Positions 24,322-37,239 of a stretch of DNA of 64,000 nt are shown here, in pieces. Within the stretch, counting starts at the first letter, position 1. Each line of letters begins with the position of its first letter. Source of the stretch: Azolla caroliniana (lineage: Eukaryota; Plantae; Polypodiophyta). The position numbers were made by a program, and so were the translations under genes. Location of the stretch: NCBI GenBank assembly GCA_043228905.1, contig JBHGNT010000008.1, positions 8,742,001 through 8,806,000 on the forward strand. Reading direction: 5' to 3'. The notes under the pieces are model-generated. The model did not search any database and had not been told where the DNA came from. It saw only the letters and a program-made list of their open reading frames with translations.

Positions 24322-27300
24322 ATGACTAGACCAACGAACGACTCGATTATGAAGCGAGCAAGGAGACTTGTTGAACGCCTGAGGAAGCGAGAGGCTTTCC
24401 AACAAGTGACAGAAGAAATCGGAGCAGATCGCTCATTTTCCAAGGTAATCCGAAGAGTGGTCAAGGAGTCACTTCGTTTACAACAGAACGACTACCCGGA
24501 CGAAGGAAGCAACCTAAGCAGCCTCCGGGAAGCGGAATCCCTTCTCCAAGCATTGGCAGCGGGCGAAGGTGAATCCGAAGCATTTTCGGCTTTTGAATCG
24601 GGTTTGGAAGGGGAATACAACGCGCATACGAACTACCGCAGTAGTAACACCCCAGACGAACCGGAGGACGAGGAGTCGGATACCTTGCCGACACCGGAAC
24701 CAGAATTGACAAGGTTGGAACCTCCGGCACCAAAAGTCGAGCACACTCCGGAACCCGAAGTCGAGGAAGAGAGACCTCCGACACCGGAAGTCGAGGAGGA
24801 GAGGCCTCCAACACCGAAAGAGGAGCAGGAAAGACCTCTGACGCCGACAAAGGAGTGGGAAAGACCTCCAACGCCGACAGAGGAGGAGGAAAGACCACCG
24901 ACACCACTAGCCCGCGTACCGACACCAGACAACGACATGTCGTTCCAATATCCCAGATACCAGGATGATCCGGGCGTGGAAGCCCACGTTCATGTGTTTC
25001 AGCAGACTTGGGAGGCAAACCATGTGTCCCAACGCTTAAATGCGGCCGAAGAGGAACGCTCAAAAATGGCAGAGTTCGGCATGACCCTGGAGGGACTGGC
25101 CGCCAAATGGCACCGAACACAAGATCCTAGCACCATCCCCACGTTTGAAGCATTAAAGACCAAATTCTTGCATTTCTTTCACAAGGAGATGGACCAACGG
25201 GAAATGGTAGGCCTATTTTACATTATCCGGCAGGAACCAACGGAGAACATTCAACAGTTTGTCATCCGGTTCCAGCGGATCCACAGTCAGCTCAACCGGG
25301 CACCACCGGAGGAAGAAACAAAGGCCATATTCTTAGTAGCACTCCGGGAACCCTTACGAACGGTGTGCACCGTCATTGATTTCCACACCAGCAGCATAGA
25401 TCAAGTGATCAATCGAGCTCGGGAAATGGAAAAATCAAGTTCATGGCTAACCATGGGCGCACTTCAGTGTGCACTACCGACAGATGAGGACCTCCGCTTC
25501 CGGCAAGCAATTCAATGTACGACATACATGAATGCCGAACATTCAGCGCTGGAATGCACCATGTGTTCCCAATGCTTGCTCTGCCACTCCAGAAGTCACA
25601 CAATGGAACGGTGTGAGTATAACTTGTTAAATCGGCAAGCAGCACCGGTCCAACAAATTGAACCACGAATCAACCGGGAGGAAGAAGAAGAATGCTGGCG
25701 GCGAGAGGAGCGCTACCAGCCGGCACAAGATGTTTGGTACAGCGATCGAAGAGACACTTATGATCGGTATGACAAACAAGATAGATATCGGGACTATAAT
25801 GGACGGTACGAGAGATACAACCGGGATCACTCCCCTGGTTACAACCAACGATGTGACGACTATGGCAAGTATGACGACCAACCCTATCAAGGTTACCAAA
25901 ACAAAAAGAATTTCAACAAGAAACGTCATTTCAACAAAAAGGGGGGTCATCCACGGGAACCGGAAAAGGGCGCTCCAAGCAGCCAACCGGACCAAAACCA
26001 AGCACTTACCATAGGACCTCAACCGGGTGCAGGCACAAACGCTGAATCCAGCAACACCCGGAAGGCGTACTGCTATTATTGCCGGCAAGAAGGCCACTAT
26101 AGTAACCAATGTCCAGCGAAGAGCTACGACAAGCAACCAGCGGTGAACATCGTAGTCGCGGAAGTCGCGGACTTACAACAAGTCACTACAAGATCAAAAG
26201 GCAAAGCCACGGAGTGGGAAACTCAAGAAGCCATCCGGAAGCAGGCAACCAAATGGGTAAAGAAGGCAAACGAGCGGAATGTGGCAAAGCTCGAACAACA
26301 AAAGGAGAATGCCGAAGAGCTCACCGGCATAGGGCAACCCGAAAACCCAACATGACAGGCGTTACAAGAATGCCAAATAACGTTGTCGTTAGGCCGGCTA
26401 TTGCAACTGGTACCATGCTTCACAGAATGATTGAAGACAGGAATGATGGCAGTCGACACACCACCGGCTCCGGCATTCTTTTCAAATCCGGAGGAAGGAC
26501 CGGCGGTAGTAAACACGAGCAGTCCGGCAATCACAGTCATCGTGAAAGGAAAAGAGCTACTCGGCACGATTATCGATGGAGGATCCAGCGTGAACATGAT
26601 CAGCCTCCGAATGTGTAACACTCGAGGAATCCATGACTGGGAACCATGCCCATTTTGGTTTCGAATGGCGGACACAAGCTCAGTACGGCCGACCGGATTA
26701 ATACGTGATTTGGAAGTGACCATTGGGGGTCACACATTTCGCATTTCGGCAATAGTTCTCCAGCTACAGGCTCAAGGAGCTTACCCACTATTGTTGGGAT
26801 GCCCTTGGTTAAAAACAACACACATCAAGCAAAATTGGAGGAAGAATTTAATTACATTTCGGCGTGGAAAAGCGAAAGTGCGAGTACCGACTCAACCACG
26901 GTTGGGTACCGGCAAGGAATTGACGCCACTATATGTGGAATGTGTCAATATGCTGGAAGGATTGGTGGACGAAGAGTTCGATCAATACTTACAGGAAAAT
27001 CCAAAGATCGTACCTCTGTTCAAAATTGATGTAGCTGAAGCAGTATCACCGTACATACTGTAACCGGATGGGATCGACGAGGAACCGGATAAAGAAGCGA
27101 TACAGGAGTTACGGCAAGCACAGGAGGCACTGGAAAGAGAAATGGCAGTGTCGCAGCGCGTAAAAGCATCCCAACTAGAAGAGGTAAACCTAGGTACCAC
27201 AGAGGACGCAAGACCGGTTCACATCATCAAGGAAATGACCCCGGAGAACAAAACGGCAATGATCCCACTCCTAAAAGAATTTTGCGATGTGTTCGCCTGG

Positions 27301-30002
27301 TCCTATGAGGACATGTGGGGATTCGATCCTCAGTTGTATCAACACCAGATACATCTGAGTAAAGACGACAAACCGGTAACGCAACGGCGTTACCAGATGA
27401 ACCCGAATTACACAGCAAAAGTCAAAGAAGAAATCGACAAGTTGCTAAGGGTTGGCTTCATTCGACCGGTAAAGAAAGCCTCATGGCTTAGTCCGATAGT
27501 CGTAGTACCGAAAAAGAACGGTAAGATAAGAGTTTGCGTCGACTACAAGAAATTGAATGCGGCTAAGGTAACGGGCGCCTTCCCACTTCCATTCACGAAT
27601 GGAGTCCTGGATGCGGTCACCTGTCATGAGGTGTAGAGTTTTCTGGACGGTTTCAGCAGCTATAATCATATCCGGATGCACCCCGACGACCAAGAGAAAA
27701 CTACTTTTGTCACCGAATGGGGAGTCTTTGTTGCCGTAGTTATGATGTTAGGACTGAAAACGGCACTGACAACCTTCCAACGGATCATCATGGAGATTTT
27801 CGAAGAATTCATTTTGGCATTCATGCAGGTGTTCTTGGACGACTTCGCTGTTTATAGCCGGGAAGGGGATCACCTTCAGCACCTCCGACTATGTCTGGAG
27901 AAATGTAGGGTTTACCGGCTAAGCCTGAACCCGGCAAAATGTTCAGAGTGGCCAACGAAGCGTTACTTGGCCACATCGTGAGCAAGGACAGTATTGCAGT
28001 GGATCCGAACAAGGTCAATGCTATTTTGGAGGCACCGGCACCAACCACGGCAAAGGCATTAAGCCGGTTCTTAGGACAAATTCGGTGGCATAGCCAAATG
28101 CTCCGGTATCTGGCAGACCTAGCTACACCATTGCATGCCGTTGTACATCGGACACCATTCCAATGGACGGACACAAAAGACAAGGCTTACCGGGCACTAA
28201 AAGTACTATTGTCACAAGCGTCGGTGGTGCAACCTTTGGATTGGTCTAAAGAGTTCCATGTGTTCGTTGACGCGTCCGACATCGCAATCGGGAGCGCGCT
28301 TATGCAACTTACAGAACCAAAGTGGTACCGGCCAGTGTATTATGCCAACCGGAAGCTGTCCCAAGCAGAACGTAATTATTCCACAACGAAAAGAGAGGCC
28401 TTGGGCATGATCTACAGTGTCACCAAGTTTAGACATTATCTGTTGGGAAGGAAATTTTCCTTTCACATAGATCATTCGGCGCTCCTCTATTTGGTGTTCA
28501 AAGCATCACTCACCGGTAAGCTTGCCCGGTGGACGTTACTATTACAAGAATTTGAGTTCGAGATATTCCACCGACCCGGCATACAACATGCGGTAGCTGA
28601 CTATTTGAGCCAGTTAGATTCCGGCGAAACCGGTGACAGCGTCCCAGACGAGTTCCCGGATGTAGAGCTGTTTAGAGTCACAGCAGAAACGGCAACGGAT
28701 GGTATGGTCGCAGAGGAAGACAAGTGGCTCACCAACATGCACCAATTTCTGAGCACCGACTTACCTCCGGAGGAGATGAACAGAGACGAGAGGAAACGCT
28801 TAGCTGTTCAAAGCCGGCACTTCTGTCTATTACAGGACACACTGTACCACAAAGGCGCATATGGCATATGGCGGCATGCAGTGCGCAGCGACGAAAAGGA
28901 CATAATATTGCACGAAGCACACTACAGAGTGGCTGGAGGACATTATGCCGAAGACGCTACGGCAAGGAAAATATGGCAGAGTGGACTATGGTGGCCAACA
29001 ACATTGAAGGATGTAGTTCGGTACGCTAAAGAATGTGACCTATGTCAGCGAATGGGCCAACCAACCAAACAAGCCAGGATGCCTCACCAGCCCGTGCTAC
29101 CGTTAGAACCATTTCAGAAATGGGGGTTGGATTTTGTCGATCCATTCAAACCACCAGCAATGAGAACCGGCAACCGGTACGTGATTGTCGCTATGGATTA
29201 TTGCACAAAATGGGTGGAACCCAAAGCACTATGCGACAACACCGCGACATCCACAGCAAAAATTTTATATGAATACATCTGGTGCCGGTATGGATGTCCG
29301 ATAAAGCTAATAAGTGACCAAGGTGGGCACTTCTTAGGGCAAGTGGTGGAAAGTTTGACGACATTCTATGCAGTGGTGCATAAACGGAGCACTCCCTATT
29401 ATCCGCAAGCCAACGGATTAGCCGAGTCAACAAATATAACACTTCAGAACATCCTTCGAAAAATCGTCAATGAGAACCAAACGGATTGGGATACAAAGCT
29501 ACACAGTGCACTCTGGGCCTATCGAACGACATATAAGACAAGTATCCGCACAACACCGTTTCGCCTAGCATTCGGATTGGAAGCAGTGATGCCGATCGAG
29601 TTCCAGGTACCGAGTTTACGAATACAGATTCGGGAACGCCTAAATGAGAAGGAATCGGAAGCGATCCGGTTAGCCACGTTATGCGAATTGGAAGAACACC
29701 GGCTAGCCAGCATCATGCACCTAGAACTAGAGCAGCGGCGAAGGAAAGCATTCGTGGATCGTCACCGAAAAGGGAACGAAAAGATGTTTGAAATCGGTAA
29801 GCTGGTACTAGTATTCCAGACCCGGATGGGTAAGATGCCGGGGAAGCTACGGTTTCGGTGGACCAGTTCATACTGGATCACGCGTGAGTTCAACGGTTCC
29901 TACCAGTTAGGGACACTCGCCGATGAGGTTCTGGGTCAATGGGTCAATGGGTTCCGACTCAAACCATACAATGGACCCATGCCAAGAAACCCATTTGAAT
30001 GA
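24322..30002 (+). pseudogene. gag-pol of element G, with premature stops and a frameshift
   Basis: EEERPPTP repeats; CYYCRQEGHYSNQC; protease IIDGGSSVN; RT VFLDDF; RNase H FVDASD; integrase KWGLDFV..SDQG..QANGLAE. Confidence 0.92.
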
Positions 30003-30423
30003 GTAAAGGCCGACACAGAACCAGACACCGGTAAGTCGAAAGAGACGGCAACACGTTTAGCAATCGGCAAGCGCAAAGCCGGTAAGAGGGAGCACGAGCT
30101 GGCAAATGGCAAGAACGACGTGATGGCAAGCAGTCCAACGGCCGGCAAGTCCTACAATTCGGATAGGGGTCCGGTGGGACCGAATGCGAATTAACCAAAC
30201 TTGTTTTATAAAATAAAAAATAAAAAATCAAATCAAATCAAATCAAAGTAAATCATGCAAGGGCAAGGTGTGAATGGACACATGCAAGAACAAGGAGTGA
30301 ACAGGCACTTTGAAAAGGTACGTAGTGGGCTATTAATAGGGTATTAAACCGCCACCACATGGCACATCATTCTATTCTAGTACACAACGTGCACACGTGC
30401 GGGTAAGAAAAACAGGCGCCAAC

Positions 30424-33400
30424 ATGCAGCAAGAAAACCCCCACCGCATGGAGGTCTTCACATTTTGCGAACAAAGGAGCACAAACGCACACAAGCGATT
30501 GAAGATCATCAGACGCGAGCCCACGCACACAGAGCCTCCTCACACACATCCCTCACCAGCGCTCACCGACCTTGAAGAAGCCATGGACTGCCAAGCACTC
30601 TCTGAAGCAACCAAGAAGTGGCTAAGGTAACATGGGTTAGAAGGTTTCCTCACGATCATGGAAGCGCCACCGCATCGGGAGGCGGAGAAGATAGTAAAGG
30701 AAATCGACACAGAGCTGATCACGGAGGAGGCCATCCATGCTTTGATTGGCCTTCCGGAGGGGGGCATCTTCACTATCGACAACCCTACCCCGAAGCAGCT
30801 CCGAAAATATTTTGGCGAATACTCTCTGGCCAGCAAGGCTTACAGAACACAGGGCGGCAAAGATACATTATTTTGAGAGATTGCCCGTGTGCTCCATGAA
30901 TTTGGACATGTATACCCTCGACCCCCGTGCATGCCTCAAAACCGAGCCAGCTTAGTCATAGCAACGTATGAAGGCGTCAAGGTGGATTGGCCGGTACTGA
31001 TTGCGGACGGCCTCTGTGCAACCATCGACTCTGTAAGAGGCAAGGAGGGTCGAAAAATATGGACTGCATTGGCGCAATGGCTCACCCTATTGGCGCCACC
31101 TATCGAGCCCATCAAGACCATGAAGCGGGGGAGAACGACTGAAGGCACCCCGAAAACGGCTTTGAAACAGCAGCAGTTGTTGGCCTCTAAGGCACCCAAA
31201 GGGAAGGCGGCTGACACAGACAAGGCGGCAAAAGAGTGCGCCAATAGGAAGCGGTAGGCAGAAATGCAGGAAGAGACACCGGCACGACCGGTTCAACAAG
31301 AGTCGGACCCGGCAGCAAAAATCAACATCGGGACTCAGGAGGAGGAAGCGGAGGAGGAACCATTAGAGCACCTCCAGCGGCGCTAGAAAGCAAGCACCGC
31401 AGAACAGGCCGGGGAGCGATGGCACGCCTCTACCCCGCACTGAGCATCCCACACCAAGGGTGGAACCGGAACCGGTTCGGACAGAACCAGTCACAGAGCT
31501 CCCTGCACAACAAGCTATACCAGCAGGTCAGGATACGGCAAGGCCCGAAATTCAAGCGTCGGTAGTACAGTTGCCTCCCTCACTGGAAGGTCAAGAGCAA
31601 ACAGAGGCAGAGCGGCCAACGGAGGCGCAACCGGAACCAGAACGGCAAAGTGGTCACCAACCAAAGACAGAGTTGCAGCTCGACACAACCAGACAAGACC
31701 GACCACTAGCTAGTGGAACCAACAGCCAACCCTCCATGCAGACGCAACAACAGGGCACCGGCAGCCAATGGCTCCGATGGATTGGATAACAGATTGCCGG
31801 AGTGGTGCACTACATAGAGGCGGAAGAGAAAGCGCAGATGGACCGGTTGCTAGTCACAACCGGACAACTCGAGACGGCCCAGTCGAGAATCCGGAGGCTA
31901 GAGCAAGACTTGGACCTGTCCACAGAAGAATTGGCCAAAATGGCCTTAACCGGACCACAAATCCAAGCACCGGTGACTCCGGTAGATGTACAGAATAAAG
32001 ACACACTAGCACCTATACATAGTAATAAGACCCTAGAGATGGAACCAGTCCCGGAGACTATGGCGGCACAAGCGAAAGAGCTTGCCGAATTGAAAGATGA
32101 ACTAGCCGCACAAGAAGCATTACGCACCCGAGAAAGGGACTTGAAGAAAGCGGCAGAAGAAGAACAAAGAAAGACTGCTTTCAACCTTCGTCGGGCCGAA
32201 GAGAATCTGCAGAAAGGACATTAGGCATATGACCGGCTTAAGGAGGAGAAAGAGAAAGTGTTGCAAGAAAAGGATAAGCTGCGACGGATGGCGGAAACGG
32301 AGATTGAAAGACTTAAAGAAGAACTCTGTCAACAGAAAGATCGGGAAGACCGCGCTCGCCGGCAACTCAACCAGATGTTGAAGCAGAAGACTGATGATTT
32401 TGAGCACCTGCACTGGGACTATAAGCACCTGGATACGGAGCATAAGAAGCAGTAGGAGAAGATGGCAGAGCTCTGGCAGGAAGTTCATCAAGCCGAGACA
32501 GCATTAGCTGAAGAACGGGCTGAAAGAACAATGCTACTGGAGGAAGCCGTGCAGGAACGTATGGAGCTCCATAAGCAGCATTATGAAGAAAAGGAAAGAG
32601 CGACAATGGTATTGCAGAGGTTGTAGAACACCTACCAAAACCAATTGTCACATTACCAGGAGCAAGAGGCGGACACAGTGAAGCTGATCAAGCAATTGAA
32701 GGAAGAACGACAAGCCACGGAGGACAAATCGAAGATGGGACTTGAGCGGATCCAGTTCATTGTCTAGGCATGGAGGAACAAGACAAAACGCTTGATTGAA
32801 GAAAGCTCCGTGCAATGGTGGGACAAATGGGCAAAACACACAGCCGAGCTCTAGTTGCTAAGGGCGGACGCGGAAAACCGATAGAAGGATGGCGACGACT
32901 GCTACATGCTAACAAAGGAGGACTTCACTGCCGTAAGAGATGAGTTAGCAGAAGACTTTGTAACTCTGGCGAAGGAACAGTCAGTAGTGGTCCGACAACT
33001 GGTAGCACAGTTGGACGATGATCGACTGGATGCTCAAATCTAGTTTGAAAGCTATGAGCGGACCAGGCTACGGCAAGAAGAAGCAAGGCAGGCGGCGACC
33101 GTCAACCTCAGCGATGAGGAGCCATCGTCGGGGCAAGGACTGGATGGAGACAAGGCCGGGGAGAGTCAACCGGAGTCAACTCCGGCAGAGCAGCTGACGG
33201 AGGAATCACCGCCACAACCGCCAGTACCGGGAGCCGAACAGATGCCATCCAAGGAGCAACAGTCAAAGGAGTCGGAGTCGGAGCAACAACAGACACGACC
33301 ACAATAGCAACAACATCCACAACATCAGCAACAATAGATTCCCGAAGAACCATTGGACACCCTGAAGCAGAGTATTCTGGATATCTTGGACGAAGGCTAA
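30424..33400 (+). pseudogene. Extra ORF of element G (about 990 codons): globular N-terminal domain, long coiled coil, Q/E-rich tail
   Basis: Consecutive + strand ORF fragments join across TAG/TGA stops and probably one frameshift; ends ...ILDILDEG* at 33400. Confidence 0.7.
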
Positions 33401-35076
33401 GGGCCGGATAGTGGGATTCGACGTACAAGGTACTATCCCACGGGTGTGCCATGTGTTACCCGGCCGACAAAGGAGTTAAAGACCAGAATGTGAAAGGGAT
33501 TGTATATTCGGAATCTATTATAATTAAGTAGTTTATGAGACGTGAACGAACGGACCGGAATCGATATGCCGATCCGGATCCGGACCGGTTCTAAACAAGT
33601 GTCGGCACCGTTTTGTACTCAGCACCAATGACCTATATAAAGGTCCAGTTACAATGTAAAACTTTGACAGATAATTAATAGAGCTTCTTGTTTTATCTTT
33701 AAGTGTTGATTATCGTTCTGTGCTAATTGCTCTATCATACGCGTGTATCAAGTCTAATGCCATATTGCTAAGTAACCAATTAAAGTCTGGTTAATCGTTG
33801 AGTCTTAAGTTATCTCGCCGTAGCACCCCTTTGGTGAAGTGTCTTCCGTAGACACCCTGTGTTAGGCCATCGTCCGGCCCTAAGGAATAACAATCACCTA
33901 TGAAGATTAGTGGTTTCATAACTAGAAAACAATATGCTTTGGCCATGTTTCGCAAGTTTAGTGGAAAAGACTTGCTTAAACCTTCTACAGGTAGGTTTTC
34001 TTACAGTTTTATTGTGTTATCAAATTTGTCGGATGATAAAGTATATGGTGGTTTGAGAAGAATGGTGGTTAGTGAACAATGGTGCAATTGGAATGGTGCC
34101 AAAACAAAGAAAGCAGAAGAGATGGTTTCAATTGTATTGGATGCTAACTTTTGGGCAGATGTAAAGATGATTGTGAAGGTATGCAAACCAATTTTAAAGC
34201 TTCTTCATTTGACTGATAGGGAAGGTGCTACAATGGGATTGATTTATCAATTTAAACAACAAATGTTTATGGAGATAAACAATAAGACAGATATTGATCC
34301 TATGAAGGTTGATGAAATAAAAGAGTGTTGCATACATACATTAACAATGTTGGAATCGCCATTGCATGCAGCGGGATATGTTTTGCATCCATTATGGACA
34401 GCAAATGATCAAGAAATAGATCATGATTTACAAATGGGCTGGATGAAAATAGTCATGCTTTATGTTAGTGGTAATATAGTTTTACAAAATGCTTTGTTAG
34501 ATGAGTTTTATGCATCTAGAAAACAAGCATCATATTTGTTTCAAGTTCCATTTGCAAAGGATGCTAATAGATTAAGCACACCAATCAAATGGTGGGAAAC
34601 TTTTGGAGCAAGCACTCCCAAATTGAAGAAACTTGCAATTAGAGTGTTATCTCAAGGTACAAGTGCATCATCTTTGTGAAAGGAATTGGAGTACATTTTC
34701 ATTAATACATACTAAAAGGAGAAATAGATTGAGTTCAAATCATGTGCAAAATTTGGTTTTTTTGCACACAAATCTTCGTATTCTTAAGAAGATTAAAGAA
34801 AGAGGTTTCGATCCTATTGAGGTTACTATTGACATGATTGAGAAAGACAATGATGAAGAACGATTATTGGTGTTGCAAAGTGAACAAGAAGCACAAGAAG
34901 TTGATGAAAATGAGAGCCTCACCAATGTGATGGCTTATCTTGATGATAATGCACAAGATGAGGATGATGATTTTGAAGATGATGATATCACCTTGAATGA
35001 AGATTAGGAATGTTCATTTTGATGTAACACCTCGTTGAGAATTTTTTTGAAGACTAGGCATTTTGGATAGTTGTTA

Positions 35077-36735
35077 TTAGAATTTACGAAAAAAAGCATA
35101 TTGTCTTATGTTGGCACGTGTGCCGCTTCCATCAGATGTACGGACTTCGCATTGGATGGACCTCCCGTATCGGCCCGTAGGATAATTATCACCACGGCTC
35201 ATGTAGCCGCCGTTATGGTGTGACAATCGTCCACCATCGCCGCACGTGTAGCCGCTGTCGAAGTAAGATCTTCGCTCTCTATTGTATCCTTCCAATTCAA
35301 ATTCCGGCGAGGTATGGTGGTGATGTATAGGCCGCGAGTGTGGCTTGTGCGAGGCTAAAATATATTGGTTTGAATTTCATTCGATGTGACGATGTTGGAC
35401 AGATGCCCTCGATGGGTATTTCGCTTCCGCCGCGCATGAGGGAACCGTGTGCCCTAGATGGTTAGTTGGGTTGTAGATAGGATTAAAGAAAGGGCGATTA
35501 GGGTTATAAAGTAAGACTCGTGGGCCATAATGGTTTTGATGAGGATTTCTACTTACTTGATTATTTGTTATGTTGCATATGTATTGTAGGAGGAGGTTCC
35601 GGTGGTTCAATGATCGAGGATTTCTTTTTGCTGGAAAATTAGGGTTAGGGTTAGGGTTAGCAATAGGGTTAGATTTTTGAAAGGGATTAGGTTTTAGGTT
35701 CTTTGTAGAGGATTTTAGTTTGGGGTTGGGGCTAGTGTTAGAGTTAGCGTTAGCTTTAGGGTTGGGTTTTTGAATGGGATAATTTGTAGAGGATTTCTTT
35801 GGTTTTTCATTCCCAATGTAATTTGGAATTGTAAAGGGATTGTTATTAACATTATAATCTTCATTATCACTCATCTCTATGTCGATTTCTCTAACATTGT
35901 TGTGCATGCTACTCTCTGCTTTGTCTCTACCGATAGTGGTCTTCTTTCTAATAGCCACGGTAATAGAATATGTAATTGCTACTTCATCACAAGATCTAAG
36001 GATTTCTGTGGCAAACTCTTGCTACCAATGTGCCATTCTATCTTGGAAGGAATCGGGACCTACTAGTGATGTTACTTCTTGTATGAATGGGGGTTCTTGC
36101 ATTGTTTCCATTATTTTTACTATGTCAGTACGAACTTGATTAGGAAAATCATCTATGGCTTTGGTTAATGCGTGGACTGATAAGTCTAAATGCCGAATAT
36201 AACATGTTGTAATATCCTTGCGATATTGTGTTGTGAGGGCTAGAAATTCTGTTCGCAAGCTCGAATTGATCTCCTCATGACCTATTGTTAATTTCGGTGG
36301 GTGAACCCTAAGATTATGAGGGGTGATGTCATGTGAGTTTAGATCAGAGATACGCTTATACGTATTCTTAGCTTCTTGTGTGCGCCTATAAAGATGTTTA
36401 AATTCAGATACCACTTTACGCTTATAGTCGTCAAAGTGGTGTGAGGACATATATGAGTTGGAGGAATTTACCTTTTCATTACTAGGATTAGAGTTGATGA
36501 AAGTTGGGGATAATGTAGGGGCGCGTTGCCGTTTATTAGGACGTTTGTTGGCACTTCTAGGTTTTGTTGGTGTCAGTGTAGTTGATGCCATCGCTGCAAA
36601 AGTCATCATCTGTTGTGGAGGGAACTCGGCACTAAATGGCGATTCGATGCGAGTCGAACTATCACTATTGTGGGTTCCAAACTCCGATGATAATCCCTCC
36701 ATAGGAACCAAGATAACAATTATTGTTGTGACCAT
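35077..36735 (-). pseudogene. PLE-associated ORF of unknown function (about 550 codons, two in-frame stops)
   Basis: ORFs 36022-36735, 35377-35958 and 35077-35295 share one frame, separated only by single stop codons. Confidence 0.65.
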
Positions 36736-36949
36736 AGTGTCATGACAAGGAGTGCGAGCGAACTAGCACAACTATTGAGATGATATGGGAAGAGTAAGAA
36801 AAGAAATAAAGCAATGATGCAAGTGAAACTAAGGTGAGTAGGATTAGAGGTGAACAAGAGTAAAAGAGAATGAGAGAATCTGAGAATGAGATGAAAGAAG
36901 AGAAGAGTGAGTGAGAAAAAAGAAAAGCTTAAGAAATTTTCATTAGAAA

Positions 36950-37001
36950 GACCTTGTGCAAACTAGTTTCGCTCTAGGTAGAGCTCATCAGTGCCAAGGT
37001 C
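36950..37001 (-). ncRNA. Minimal type I hammerhead ribozyme
   Basis: Minus strand GACCTTGGCA-CTGATGA-GCTCTACCTAGAGC-GAAA-CTAG-TT^TGCACAAGGTC: complete core, helix II, helix I with one bulge, palindromic helix III. Confidence 0.9.
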
Positions 37002-37239
37002 ATTTACAACAAGAGGGTAGGTTTATATAGGGGGAAGAGAGAGAGAGAGAATAGGAGTTTAATGATGGGAGAGAGGGAAACGGGGAATTGTGATAGGCAA
37101 AGGATTGATAAGTGAAAGTGGGTTAGGGGGGGGTTATATGTATGTATATGATAAGTGATAGGTGGGGGTGGGTGTGGGTGTGGGGGTGGGCTCTAAGAAG
37201 AGGGGGATTATAGGGGTGGGATATAAAAGGCATATAGTA

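Larger units (their letters stand above)
23828..33892 (+). mobile_element. Full-length non-chromovirus (Athila-like) Gypsy element G with an extra 3' ORF
   Basis: 439-bp LTRs at 23828-24266 and 33454-33892 (TG..CA); TSD ATCAC on both sides; PBS TGGCGACCAC (tRNA-Arg-like) at 24274. Confidence 0.95.
22852..35007 (+). pseudogene. hAT transposase (BED finger, DUF659, C-terminal dimerisation domain), frameshifted and split by Gypsy G
   Basis: KCKYCNHVF..RIRAH; GCTIVSDSW..VVQVCMDN..CTCHCVDLLLEDI (to 23827); resumes at 33893 with PLHAAGYVLHP, WWETFG..LAIRVLSQ..CERNWSTF; AT-rich AATTTTTGT subterminal-like repeats at 22500-22740. Confidence 0.9.
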
